From Eubacteriales bacterium (GTDB lineage: Bacteria > Bacillota > Clostridia > Oscillospirales > CAG-272), in the NCBI GenBank assembly GCA_045540175.1, contig JAZQGU010000070.1, forward strand, positions 41,412-105,411: DNA of 64,000 nt. Reading direction: 5' to 3'. The notes below the pieces were generated by a model. The model was not told the DNA's origin, searched no databases, and saw only the letters and a program-made list of their open reading frames with translations. Shown in pieces: positions 26,819-35,706 of the stretch. Made by a program: the position numbers and the translations under genes. Each line of letters opens with the position of its first letter. The first letter of the stretch is position 1.

Positions 26819-27481
26819 TTATTCTCCGTATTTAATTCCGGATGTAGGCTTCGAAGCTTTACCGGGCTTGAATGCCTCTCCCGGAATGTCTCTGTCGTAT
26901 ACGATACAACGACCTATTTCAGTCTTTTCGCCGTTTACGACGTGATATACTATGACATGCGCTCCATCAACATCGGTTAGATCTACGTTTTCAAACGCGA
27001 GCCTGTAATAGCGGTACATAAGCGACTTATCGGTGATATAGCAGTATTCGGTATAACGTGCGACCTCTTCCTTATTTGCCTCTGTGACGAGTTCAAAAAC
27101 GAAGTGTCCAACGAGGCTTCCGTCATTTTCGTACTTTTGATACTCACTGCTCATTACGTTATATCTGAGCATAAACTGAAGCTGACCGATCTCTTTAGTA
27201 TGATATATCCTTCCGATATAGAACAGTCGGCTGAGCTCGGGATCGTTAAACTCGTGAAGACGGCTGACGGTAATAGTTCCGCTTTCCTTTTGCTCTATTG
27301 CTGCCTCTGTCCAAAGGTATTTTTTCATCTTTGATGTTCCGTCCTGCAGACAAGCGCGCAGACTGAGCCATCCTAGCGAAAGTATAAGCCCGATGGCAAG
27401 AGTGATTTTAATTATCAAGCCCAAAACGCGAAAGGGCTTCGGGGTTATGGAATCCTCTACGGGATCAAACGTTTTTTTCAT
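26819..27481 (-). CDS. Hypothetical membrane-anchored protein
   Basis: It has a single N-terminal TM helix (VLGLIIKITLAIGLILSLGWL) and an extracytoplasmic domain of about 170 aa. The start is at ATG 27481. Confidence 0.55.
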   Translation of the reverse strand: MKKTFDPVEDSITPKPFRVLGLIIKITLAIGLILSLGWLSLRACLQDGTSKMKKYLWTEAAIEQKESGTITVSRLHEFNDPELSRLFYIGRIYHTKEIGQLQFMLRYNVMSSEYQKYENDGSLVGHFVFELVTEANKEEVARYTEYCYITDKSLMYRYYRLAFENVDLTDVDGAHVIVYHVVNGEKTEIGRCIVYDRDIPGEAFKPGKASKPTSGIKYGE

Positions 27482-27651
27482 TTTCAAGTCCTTTAATGGT
27501 ATTATTTACATTATTGTAGCACAAATTATGCGTTCATTCAAGACAAATATTGAGAAATTTGAGGTTTTTAATATAAAAAAGCGTTTAGGACTTGCAAAAA
27601 GGCTTACGTTTGTGTTAAAATATATTATTCCTATTCAGAGGAGGCAGATTT

Positions 27652-28662
27652 ATGGAAAACAATGAAGTAATAAAGAAAAGAATATTTTCGGGAGTTCAGC
27701 CGAGCGGTAAACTTACCATCGGCAACTATCTCGGTTCTATAAAGAATTGGAAAGAGTTTGAGGAAAGCTACGACTGTATTTACTGTGTTGTCGACCTTCA
27801 CGCGATAACCGTCCGTCAGGACCCTGCCGAGCTTCGCCGCCGTACCTACGAGACGCTCGCGCTTTACATCGCAAGCGGACTTGATCCCGAGAAGAACACC
27901 CTTTTCGTGCAGAGCCACGTCCCTGCTCACGCTGAGCTTTCGTGGGTGCTCAACTGCTATGCTATGCACGGTGAGCTTAACCGCATGACGCAGTTCAAGG
28001 ATAAGAGCAAGAAGTACGCGTCGAATATAAACGCAGGACTTTTCACCTACCCTGTTCTTATGGCGTCGGACATTCTGCTTTATCAGACGAATCTCGTTCC
28101 CGTCGGTATCGACCAGATGCAGCATATTGAGCTTACGCGCGATATTGCGAACAGATTTAACCAGGTATACGGCGAGACCTTCGCTATTCCAGAGGGATTT
28201 ATCCCGAAGGCAGGCGCAAAGGTAATGTCACTTGCCGAGCCTGAAAAGAAAATGAGTAAGTCTGATACGAATACTAACGCATCGGTCTACATTCTTGACG
28301 GCAGAGACGATATCATCAGAAAGTTCAAGCGTGCAGTCACCGACTCCGACACCGTCGTTCGCCGCGCTGAAGGCAAGGACGGCATAAATAACCTTATGAC
28401 GATCTACACCGCGTTCACGGGTAAGACTGACGCCGAGATTGAAAAGGAATTTGAAGGACTCGGTTACGGACACTTCAAGCTCGCAGTCGGCGAGACCGTC
28501 GCTGACGCGCTCGCTCCCGTTAAGACGGAATTTGACCGTCTTATGAGCGACAAGGCGTACCTTGAAGGCGTAATGAAGGACGGCTCCGCAAGAGCCGCTT
28601 ACCTCGCGAGAAAGACACTCTCCAAGGTCTACCGTAAGGTCGGATTTACACAGCCGAAGTGA
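27652..28662 (+). CDS. trpS: Tryptophan--tRNA ligase
   Basis: The protein begins IFSGVQPSGKLTIGNYLG. A KMSKS loop is present (KKMSKSD), and the size (336 aa) is typical. Confidence 0.95.
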   Translation: MENNEVIKKRIFSGVQPSGKLTIGNYLGSIKNWKEFEESYDCIYCVVDLHAITVRQDPAELRRRTYETLALYIASGLDPEKNTLFVQSHVPAHAELSWVLNCYAMHGELNRMTQFKDKSKKYASNINAGLFTYPVLMASDILLYQTNLVPVGIDQMQHIELTRDIANRFNQVYGETFAIPEGFIPKAGAKVMSLAEPEKKMSKSDTNTNASVYILDGRDDIIRKFKRAVTDSDTVVRRAEGKDGINNLMTIYTAFTGKTDAEIEKEFEGLGYGHFKLAVGETVADALAPVKTEFDRLMSDKAYLEGVMKDGSARAAYLARKTLSKVYRKVGFTQPK

Positions 28663-28667
28663 TTAAT

Positions 28668-28696
28668 AAAACTCCACCCGACGGGTGGAGTTTTTT
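28668..28696 (+). terminator. Intrinsic terminator after trpS
   Basis: AAAACTCCACCC-gac-GGGTGGAGTTTTTT. Confidence 0.85.
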
Positions 28697-28916
28697 AGAT
28701 AATAGAGAAAAAAGAATAGATAAGAAATCAGAATGAAATGTAACGAACAGTGCGACTTTGGTAGGGTGCTTTTCGTTTTATGTTATTACTGCTACAATAA
28801 ATTAACTTTGAGTTAACATTGTGTTTCCTACCGATACCTTTTCGGCAGACGATTTTGTGCTATAATATAAGCAGAAGCAGACGTCGGCTTACTTTTATCT
28901 CAACGGAGGTATGATT

Positions 28917-29879
28917 ATGACTATGACTATTGGCGCAAACATCAAGCGCCTGCGTACAGCAAATAACATCACTCAAGAACAGCTTTCTGTTTCTATGAAC
29001 GTTACCTGTGCTGCTGTCAGCAAATGGGAACGCGGTGAAACCTATCCCGATATTACTCTCCTACAGCCTTTGGCTTACTTTTTCGGCGTGACGCTTGACG
29101 AATTGATGGGTTACGATCACGAAAAGATACAAGCGGACATTAACAATAGAATTGCCGAGTACCGAAGCTATTGGAAAAGTGATTACGAAAAAGCAAGAGA
29201 GATCATTGTTAAAGCATATCATGATTATCCGAATGATTATTGGATCATGCACTATTATATGTGGAATATTGGCGGTGATTTTGCTGACAACGATCCCTCG
29301 GTTTTGATCGAACATAAGGACGAATTTCTTGCCATCTGCGAAAAGATTCTCGGCGGCTGTACTGATGAAGGTCTGCGTCTAAACGCCTGGAATATGCGAG
29401 CAAAAATTCTTCATGCCGAGGGCAAAACAGAAGAGGCACTCGAAATTTACAAGACAAAATTCACCGACTGGTTCACTACAAGCGGGCAAAAGACAGAGCA
29501 GCTCTTTGCCAAAGATACAAAGGAATACTATTTCTACGTTCAAAAGAACATGTATGAGCTTGCCGATTTTGCGGCTGATAAGCTTGGAAGAACATTGTTT
29601 TTCAACCCCTCGTTTACAATGGAAGAAAAGGCTGAGCGCGCGTTGTGTTATGGTGACCTGCTGTTATCAGCATTTGATCAGACAAACGAGGCATTTTTCC
29701 TCATGCTCGCAAGATCTTTCCTCGTAAGAATGAAAAACGATCTTAACTATCGCGGCGGAACAGCCGAACAGGTCAGCGCGGTTGCAGACAAACATTTGTA
29801 TGTCACAAAAATAACAGAGGATATGAGAAAAACAAACGAAGCCTTTAACCGCGCTTTTGACCGTTATGGTAAAGCGTGA
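28917..29879 (+). CDS. XRE-family HTH regulator with a C-terminal TPR-like helical-repeat domain (RNPP-like architecture)
   Basis: HTH segment is IKRLRTANNITQEQLSVSMNVTCAAVSKWERGETYP. About 250 aa of helical repeats follow (..AREIIVKAYHDYPNDYW.., ..KTEEALEIYKTKF..). The start is chosen at ATG 28917, 7 nt after GGAGG. Confidence 0.7.
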   Translation: MTMTIGANIKRLRTANNITQEQLSVSMNVTCAAVSKWERGETYPDITLLQPLAYFFGVTLDELMGYDHEKIQADINNRIAEYRSYWKSDYEKAREIIVKAYHDYPNDYWIMHYYMWNIGGDFADNDPSVLIEHKDEFLAICEKILGGCTDEGLRLNAWNMRAKILHAEGKTEEALEIYKTKFTDWFTTSGQKTEQLFAKDTKEYYFYVQKNMYELADFAADKLGRTLFFNPSFTMEEKAERALCYGDLLLSAFDQTNEAFFLMLARSFLVRMKNDLNYRGGTAEQVSAVADKHLYVTKITEDMRKTNEAFNRAFDRYGKA

Positions 29880-29978
29880 ATTTGCCTTAATTAACAGCCC
29901 ATCGAGAAGTTGCTTGCCACCTATGTATCATTTCCATGATGTGTAGGCAAGTTGATATTCACTCCATTCGCCACATAA

Positions 29979-30103
29979 TTGTAGGGTGCGACGTCCTCGG
30001 CGCACCGCACCCAAACGACGTTACATTGATTTGGCACACGGTTGCTACGCAACCTACCTCATTCGACGGCTTCGCCGCCACCTTCCCCTGAGGGGAAGGC
30101 AAG
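29979..30103. repeat. Mosaic of GC-rich hairpin repeat modules (site A)
   Basis: Three modules are shared with 43.2-43.65 kb: GTAGGG-hairpin-AAACGA(C/T)GTTAC (29979-30024), GGTTGCTACGCAACCTAC (30040-30057), and ACCTCAT..CCTTCCCC-tga-GGGGAAGGCAAG (30056-30103). Confidence 0.8.
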
Positions 30104-30115
30104 AAAAAAGCGCCC

Positions 30116-30496
30116 TCACGGGCGCTTTTTTATTATTAGTTCAGTTATATAGGTAATTCCGCATCCGACTGCGTAGCAGATTATATCTATGAACGAAAAT
30201 GACGTTCCGACAATATTTGCTACTATCGAATCGCGCGGTATTCCAAGCAGGTCAACGATTTTTATGAGTTGGAGAAGCTCTACCGCAAGAGCAAAGATGA
30301 AAACGTAAAGCGGCAAGAGCTCTATTCCCGTCGGCTTCACTATTCTGATAAGGCAATATATCAGTATAACGACGAGGATGTCGCCGACGTACGGACGGAC
30401 GAATGCGTCGTGCACGAATGCACCTATCAATATTTCAATACACAGAAGCGCAAGAAACGCTGTCAGGTATGCTAAGCGCAGCTTCTTATGCTTCAT
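30116..30496 (-). CDS. DUF2809-like small membrane protein
   Basis: 126 aa, 4 TM helices. The motif FVRPYVGDILVVILIY matches what I recall for DUF2809. Its ATG shares one nucleotide with the typA stop. Confidence 0.55.
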   Translation of the reverse strand: MKHKKLRLAYLTAFLALLCIEILIGAFVHDAFVRPYVGDILVVILIYCLIRIVKPTGIELLPLYVFIFALAVELLQLIKIVDLLGIPRDSIVANIVGTSFSFIDIICYAVGCGITYITELIIKKRP

Positions 30497-32325
30497 TACT
30501 GGAGCTTCTTCTTTGCCGCCTGAGCCTTTTTACGGGTCGGGGTGTCGAGAATGACCTTACGGAGACGAAGTCCTTTAGGCGTGACCTCAATAAGCTCGTC
30601 GTCTGCTATAAACTCTATCGCTTCTTCAAGCGACATTACCTTATGGGGCGTAAGAATAAGCTTTTCATCCGCACCCTTTGAACGGATAGCGGTGAGCTGC
30701 TTCGTCTTACACGGGTTGATCTCGATATCGCCCTGCTTCGGGTTTTCACCGACGATCATTCCCTCGTATACCTCTGTCTGAACGCCGACAAAGAGCTGTC
30801 CGCGCTCCTGCGAGTTAAAGAGACCGTAAGAAGTCGTAGTTCCCTTTTCGGACGCGACAAGCGATCCTGTCTGACGCGACGGCATATCGCCCTTAAAGGG
30901 GTGGTAGCCCTCAAAAACGGTATTCATTATTCCCTCTCCGCGCGTCGCGGTGAGAAATTCGCTTCTGTAGCCAAAGAGACAGCGCGAGGGGATGAGATAG
31001 TGAAGCTCCATACGGCTTCCGCGGCTTCCCATTTCAAGAAGCTCACCCTTACGCATATTGAGTTTTTCGATAACCGAGCCCATATACATTTCGGGAACGT
31101 CGATAAGCACGGTCTCGTACGGCTCGTTCTTTACGCCGTCTATTTCCTTATAGAGAACTCGCGGTGTCGAGAGCGAAAGCTCATAGCCCTCACGGCGCAT
31201 GGTCTCAACGAGAATTGAGAGATGCATCTCACCTCGTCCCGCTACCTTGAAGCTGTCGGTTGTTTCGCCGTCCTCAACGCGGAGAGAAACGTCCTTAAGA
31301 AGCTCACGGTAGAGGCGTTCTCTTATCTGTCTTGTAGTAACGAACTTACCCTCGCGCCCTGCAAAGGGGCTGTCGTTTACTGCAAACGTCATTTCGATCG
31401 TCGGCTCGCTTATCTTAACGAAAGGAAGCGGCTCAGGAGCGGTTACGGAGGTTATCGTATCACCGATGGTGATATTTTCTGCACCCGAGAAGCAGACGAT
31501 ATCGCCAACGTTTGCGCTTTCAACCGTTCTTCTGCCGAGGCCGTCAAAGGTCTGAAGCGAGACGATTCTCGTTCTTACGGGATTTGCGCCCGTGTGATAA
31601 TTACATATCAGCGCTTCCTGGTTTACCTTAACAGATCCGCGCTCGATGCGTCCGATTCCCATTCTTCCGACGTACTCGCTGTAATCTATCGAAGAAACGA
31701 GAAGCTGAAGCTCACCTTCCTCGTCTCCTTCGGGAGCGGGGATATATTCAAGAATGGTATCGAAAAGCGGCTGAAGGTCAACGCCCGGCTCATATGGTGT
31801 GAAAGACGCAGTTCCTGCTCTGCCCGAGCAGAAAAGCATCGGTGAATCGAGCTGATCGTCAGTCGCGTCGAGATCCATAAGAAGCTCGAGGACTTCGTCC
31901 TCTACCTCTTCGATTCTCGCATCGGGCTTATCCACTTTGTTTACTACGACGATAACTCTGTGGTTAAGCTCGAGCGCCTTCTGAAGAACGAAGCGCGTCT
32001 GCGGCATCGGTCCCTCTGCGGCGTCGACAAGGAGAATAACTCCGTTTACCATCTTGAGGATTCGCTCGACCTCGCCAGAGAAGTCTGCGTGTCCGGGAGT
32101 ATCGATAATATTGATCTTTACGTCTTTATAGTGTACTGCCGTGTTCTTTGCAAGGATAGTGATTCCTCTTTCCTTTTCAAGAGCGTTAGAGTCCATTACT
32201 CTGTCCTCGGTCGCCTGATTTTCACGGTATACACCGCCCTGCTTGAGCATCTGGTCGACGAGTGTCGTCTTTCCGTGGTCAACGTGGGCTATGATCGCTA
32301 TGTTTCTTAAATCGTTTCTTACCAA
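30496..32325 (-). CDS. typA: Translational GTPase TypA/BipA
   Basis: [27 protein letters not shown] and NKVD. 609 aa. The start is apparently TTG at 32325. Confidence 0.95.
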   Translation of the reverse strand: MVRNDLRNIAIIAHVDHGKTTLVDQMLKQGGVYRENQATEDRVMDSNALEKERGITILAKNTAVHYKDVKINIIDTPGHADFSGEVERILKMVNGVILLVDAAEGPMPQTRFVLQKALELNHRVIVVVNKVDKPDARIEEVEDEVLELLMDLDATDDQLDSPMLFCSGRAGTASFTPYEPGVDLQPLFDTILEYIPAPEGDEEGELQLLVSSIDYSEYVGRMGIGRIERGSVKVNQEALICNYHTGANPVRTRIVSLQTFDGLGRRTVESANVGDIVCFSGAENITIGDTITSVTAPEPLPFVKISEPTIEMTFAVNDSPFAGREGKFVTTRQIRERLYRELLKDVSLRVEDGETTDSFKVAGRGEMHLSILVETMRREGYELSLSTPRVLYKEIDGVKNEPYETVLIDVPEMYMGSVIEKLNMRKGELLEMGSRGSRMELHYLIPSRCLFGYRSEFLTATRGEGIMNTVFEGYHPFKGDMPSRQTGSLVASEKGTTTSYGLFNSQERGQLFVGVQTEVYEGMIVGENPKQGDIEINPCKTKQLTAIRSKGADEKLILTPHKVMSLEEAIEFIADDELIEVTPKGLRLRKVILDTPTRKKAQAAKKKLQ

Positions 32326-32471
32326 AATCTTATCATCCCTTATTCTTAATTTAACGGTTAATTATAACACATTATTCTCCTTTTTTCAATGATTTTTTCA
32401 ACAAAGTTAAATTTACTTACTCTTTTTTAGTTGTATACTATTGATTTATGACTGCAGTGATGATATAATAT

Positions 32472-32490
32472 GAAATTGATAATCATTTTC
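32472..32490. promoter_or_regulatory. Fur-family (probably Zur) box upstream of znuCB
   Basis: GAAATTGATAATCATTTTC matches the classical 19-bp Fur box GATAATGATAATCATTATC at 16/19 positions by my count. It lies just after a GATATAAT -10-like element, 15 nt before the ATG. Confidence 0.55.
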
Positions 32491-32504
32491 AAATCGAGGT
32501 CATA

Positions 32505-33194
32505 ATGACGGCAATAGAATGTAAAAACCTATGTCTTTCCTACGGAAGCGCATCGGTTATTGATAATCTTTCCTTTACTCTTGATGAAGGAAGGTGTCTC
32601 TGTATAGCAGGAGAAAACGGCACAGGTAAAAGCACGCTCATCAAGGCGCTTTTAGGGCTTAAAGCCGCTACATCCGGAGAAATCACACTATCCCGAGGAG
32701 CGTCTAAGCACGGTATCGGTTATCTTCCGCAAAGAAGCGACGCTCAAAGCGACTTTCCCGCATCGGTTTGGGAGGTCGTACTGTCGGGCAGACTGAACAG
32801 CGGCAAGCGTCTTCCTTTTTATTCAAAAGAGGATAAGAATATAGCTCAGTCGAAGCTGGAGCTTCTTGATATTACTCGGCTGAAAAACAAGAGCTTTGCC
32901 GAGCTTTCGGGCGGTCAGCAGCAGAGAGTTTTGCTTGCACGCGCACTTTGTGCCGCAAAGCATCTTATTCTTCTTGACGAGCCTGTGGCAGGTCTTGACC
33001 CTACTGCTACGTCAGAGTTTTACAAGATAATCCACCGTCTGAAGGACGAGGGGATAACGGTTATTATGGTATCTCATGATATTCACTGTGCGCTTGCCGT
33101 TGCGGACAAGCTCCTTATTCTTAGAAACGACGGCTACTCCTATACCGACGCCAAGCCCCACGAGCACGATCACGAGGGAGGTTGCAAATTATGA
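32505..33194 (+). CDS. znuC: Metal (zinc-type) ABC transporter ATP-binding protein
   Basis: Walker A is GENGTGKST, the signature is LSGGQQQRV and Walker B is LILLDEPVAGLD. The C-terminal tail is His-rich (KPHEHDHEGG). Confidence 0.8.
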   Translation: MTAIECKNLCLSYGSASVIDNLSFTLDEGRCLCIAGENGTGKSTLIKALLGLKAATSGEITLSRGASKHGIGYLPQRSDAQSDFPASVWEVVLSGRLNSGKRLPFYSKEDKNIAQSKLELLDITRLKNKSFAELSGGQQQRVLLARALCAAKHLILLDEPVAGLDPTATSEFYKIIHRLKDEGITVIMVSHDIHCALAVADKLLILRNDGYSYTDAKPHEHDHEGGCKL

Positions 33195-34036
33195 TGAGGT
33201 TTTTTAATGAGCTTTCCCTGATGTTCTCCCTTGATTCGATGGTATACGCGATGATCTGCGGTATTCTGATCTCTGCATGCGCCGCACTTCTCGGGGTCAG
33301 CCTAGTTCTCAAAAGGTATTCAATGATCGGAGACGGCCTTTCTCACGTTGCGTTTGCTTCCCTTGCGATAGGTTCTGCAATGTCTATAGCACCTATGGCA
33401 TTGACGGTTCCTACAGTTGCCGTATCTGCGTTCGGGCTTTTGCGTCTGAGCGAAAAGGGCAAAATGAAGGGCGATGCACTCACCGCGGTTATTTCGACGG
33501 GTGCGCTTGCGATCGGTACAGTTGCCGCTTCCCTTTCGCCGGGATCCAATATTGATCTCAACGCTTATATGTTCGGCTCAATTCTTGCTTTGAGTGAAAA
33601 CGACGTGATCTTCAGCATCGTGCTGTCGGTTATCGTTATTCCGATCTACTGCCTTATGTTTAACCGCATTTTCTCGGTTACCTTTGATCCGAGCTTCGCA
33701 AAGGCTACGGGTGTGAACGTACGTCTTTACGATACAGTTCTTGCTCTCCTTTCTGCCGTAACGATCGTTATCGGAATGCGTTTTATGGGAACGCTTCTGA
33801 TATCGGCTCTCATAGTTTTCCCGCCGATGACCGCGATGCGCGTAATGAGAAGCTTCAAGGGCGTTGTAATATGCTCTGTCGTGCTTCCCGTTATCAGTTT
33901 TGCTGTCGGTCTTATTGCATCTTTTTTCCTTTCTACACCCGCGGGAGCGAGCGTCGTTTGCGTTGAGCTTATCATTTTCGTAATTGCATGTATGATCGGC
34001 GTACTCAAAAAGATAAAAAAGCCTCAAAAAGCATAA
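33191..34036 (+). CDS. znuB: Metal (zinc-type) ABC transporter permease
   Basis: ABC-3 family look (..LVLKRYSMIGDGLSHVAFASLAIG..). ATGA start/stop overlap with znuC. Confidence 0.8.
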   Translation: MMRFFNELSLMFSLDSMVYAMICGILISACAALLGVSLVLKRYSMIGDGLSHVAFASLAIGSAMSIAPMALTVPTVAVSAFGLLRLSEKGKMKGDALTAVISTGALAIGTVAASLSPGSNIDLNAYMFGSILALSENDVIFSIVLSVIVIPIYCLMFNRIFSVTFDPSFAKATGVNVRLYDTVLALLSAVTIVIGMRFMGTLLISALIVFPPMTAMRVMRSFKGVVICSVVLPVISFAVGLIASFFLSTPAGASVVCVELIIFVIACMIGVLKKIKKPQKA

Positions 34037-34038
34037 TT

Positions 34039-34071
34039 AATCCCCTGTTTCGGCAGGGGATTTCACTTTTT
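34039..34071 (+). terminator. Intrinsic terminator after znuB
   Basis: AATCCCCTG-tttcgg-CAGGGGATT followed by TCACTTTTT. Confidence 0.8.
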
Positions 34072-34156
34072 CGAAAATTTTTGCAATTTTTTTTGCAAAA
34101 ACATTTGATATTTGGCGAGATATGGTGTATAATGTTGAAAGTAATTGTTTGAGGAT

Positions 34157-34390
34157 ATGATGATGAGAAGAAAAAAGATCAAAAAGAATGACGGACCTGA
34201 GGTTGCAAAGGTTTGTATATACTGTGAAAATGCGACTGTAATCGCCGATGAGGAGAACGTTCTCTGCTCTCTGTGCGGAATCGTAAACAAGGAATTTTGC
34301 TGCAAGAAATTCGCCTACGATCCGCTCAAGCGCGTACCGCGTCCGATGCCTCCGATGCCGAAGCTGACGGAGGAAGATCTGCTTATATAA
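34157..34390 (+). CDS. Small Cys-rich hypothetical protein (~75 aa)
   Basis: CIYCEN...CSLCG...CCKKFAYDPLKRVPRP. Three consecutive ATGs (34157/34160/34163) follow GAGGA, so the exact start is uncertain. Confidence 0.5.
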   Translation: MMMRRKKIKKNDGPEVAKVCIYCENATVIADEENVLCSLCGIVNKEFCCKKFAYDPLKRVPRPMPPMPKLTEEDLLI

Positions 34391-34396
34391 AGATAA

Positions 34397-34430
34397 CCGC
34401 CCTCGGAAAAAACCGAGGGCGGATTTTATT
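34397..34430. terminator. Bidirectional hairpin terminator
   Basis: CCGCCCTCGG-aaaaaa-CCGAGGGCGG followed by ATTTTATTT. Confidence 0.85.
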
Positions 34431-34815
34431 TCGGCAAGCCGTTAATAGCAAAATAAATTATCATCGCAATAAAATCGACGGCGAGAAGTACACCGAACAC
34501 TATGCATGCGAGCTTCAAAGCTAATTTCGCCTTGCGCTTATTATTTTCGGTCATCATCCGATCCTTAATGCTCGAAAGCTTGTCGGACACAGACGGAGAT
34601 ACCTGTTGCTTTTTCGTCAGCTCTTCCTTCAAAAGGTAGTCTATCGAGCAATCGAAGATCTGTGATAACTGAATTATCTTATCGGTTTCCGGAAAAGTTA
34701 TATCCGACTCCCATTTACTGATCGACTGACGCGAAACGGAAAGCAATTCCGCAAGCTGCTCCTGCGTGTAATTCAGTTCCTTTCGCTCCTTTGCAATTTT
34801 CTCACCGAGTGTCAT
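34426..34815 (-). CDS. XRE-family HTH protein with a C-terminal transmembrane helix
   Basis: HTH segment is LNYTQEQLAELLSVSRQSISKWESDITFP. The C-terminal TM is LACIVFGVLLAVDFIAMIIYFAI. The start is at ATG 34815 behind GGAGG. Confidence 0.75.
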   Translation of the reverse strand: MTLGEKIAKERKELNYTQEQLAELLSVSRQSISKWESDITFPETDKIIQLSQIFDCSIDYLLKEELTKKQQVSPSVSDKLSSIKDRMMTENNKRKAKLALKLACIVFGVLLAVDFIAMIIYFAINGLPK

Positions 34816-34926
34816 TGTTCTCGATCCTCCTTTACCGTTATCGCTTATATTATACCGCATAAGAGCCGTTCTGTACACCGATTTTACGGTTCATAATGTA
34901 AAGTCATGGTTGCATTTCTTTTTCGT

Positions 34927-34954
34927 AACGAAAATCCGCCCTCTCGGGCGGATT
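34927..34954 (-). terminator. Intrinsic terminator after the ThuA-like gene
   Basis: Minus strand reads AATCCGCCC-gaga-GGGCGGATTTT. Confidence 0.75.
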
Positions 34955-34959
34955 CTTTA

Positions 34960-35691
34960 TTATCTTACATAGGGCTCGGAATCGGTTATCTTTCTGACGT
35001 GAGGACAGCCGATTTCTTCGCGGTAGATGGGAGCGACATAGCGGACTGCATTGCGTATGATAAGCTGCACTTCCGGCACGTGGAAGGTCGGGAAGGTCTC
35101 GTGGCCCGGCTGGAAGTAGAATATCTTACCGTTACCGCGCTCATAAAGGCAGCCTGAACGGAAGACCTCGCCACCGGAATAATTACCGATAAGGAGAAGC
35201 TTATCGGGCGTGGGGATCACGAAGGGCTCACCGTAGGTTTCCTCGGCAGGAAGCTTGAAATAACGATCGATTCCCTTTGTGATGGGATGAGACGGCTCTA
35301 TTACCCAAAGTATCTCCTCGTCATTCGATTCGCGCCAGGTAAGATTGCAGGACGTTCCGAGAAGGTAGCGGAATGGCTTTGAATGATGTGCGGAATGGAG
35401 CGCTATCAGTCCCATTCCCGAAAGCACCGCGTCGCGCACCAGATACGCGACCTCGTCAGGAACTCTGTTATGTGCTATATGTCCCCACCAGATGAGAACA
35501 TCTGTATTATCAAGGACTTCCTTTGTTATACCGCAGTTTTCATCGTCGAGAGTTGCGGTTTTTACTTCGATATCCTCCTCTTTACCGAGAAAATCTGCAA
35601 TTGCCTGATGGATGCCGTTCGGGTATATATCTGTTACTCTTTTATCGGTTTTTTCGTGGACGAATTCATTCCATACGGTTACTCTTATCAT
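34960..35691 (-). CDS. ThuA domain protein (trehalose-utilisation-like, class-I glutamine amidotransferase fold)
   Basis: MIRVTVWNEFVHEK...YPNGIH.AIA.FL...DVLIWWGHIAH..V....V......G.GLIALHSAHHSKPF matches the ThuA family pattern as I recall it. Confidence 0.75.
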   Translation of the reverse strand: MIRVTVWNEFVHEKTDKRVTDIYPNGIHQAIADFLGKEEDIEVKTATLDDENCGITKEVLDNTDVLIWWGHIAHNRVPDEVAYLVRDAVLSGMGLIALHSAHHSKPFRYLLGTSCNLTWRESNDEEILWVIEPSHPITKGIDRYFKLPAEETYGEPFVIPTPDKLLLIGNYSGGEVFRSGCLYERGNGKIFYFQPGHETFPTFHVPEVQLIIRNAVRYVAPIYREEIGCPHVRKITDSEPYVR

Positions 35692-35706
35692 AGCTACACC
35701 TCTCTG

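Noticed and set aside
34078-34101. Inverted repeat TTTTTGCAA-tttttt-TTGCAAAAA upstream of the small Cys-rich ORF.
   Set aside because: It is AT-only and low-complexity, right after the znuB terminator. It is most likely a chance palindrome or part of the T-tract context, with no supporting evidence for a binding site.
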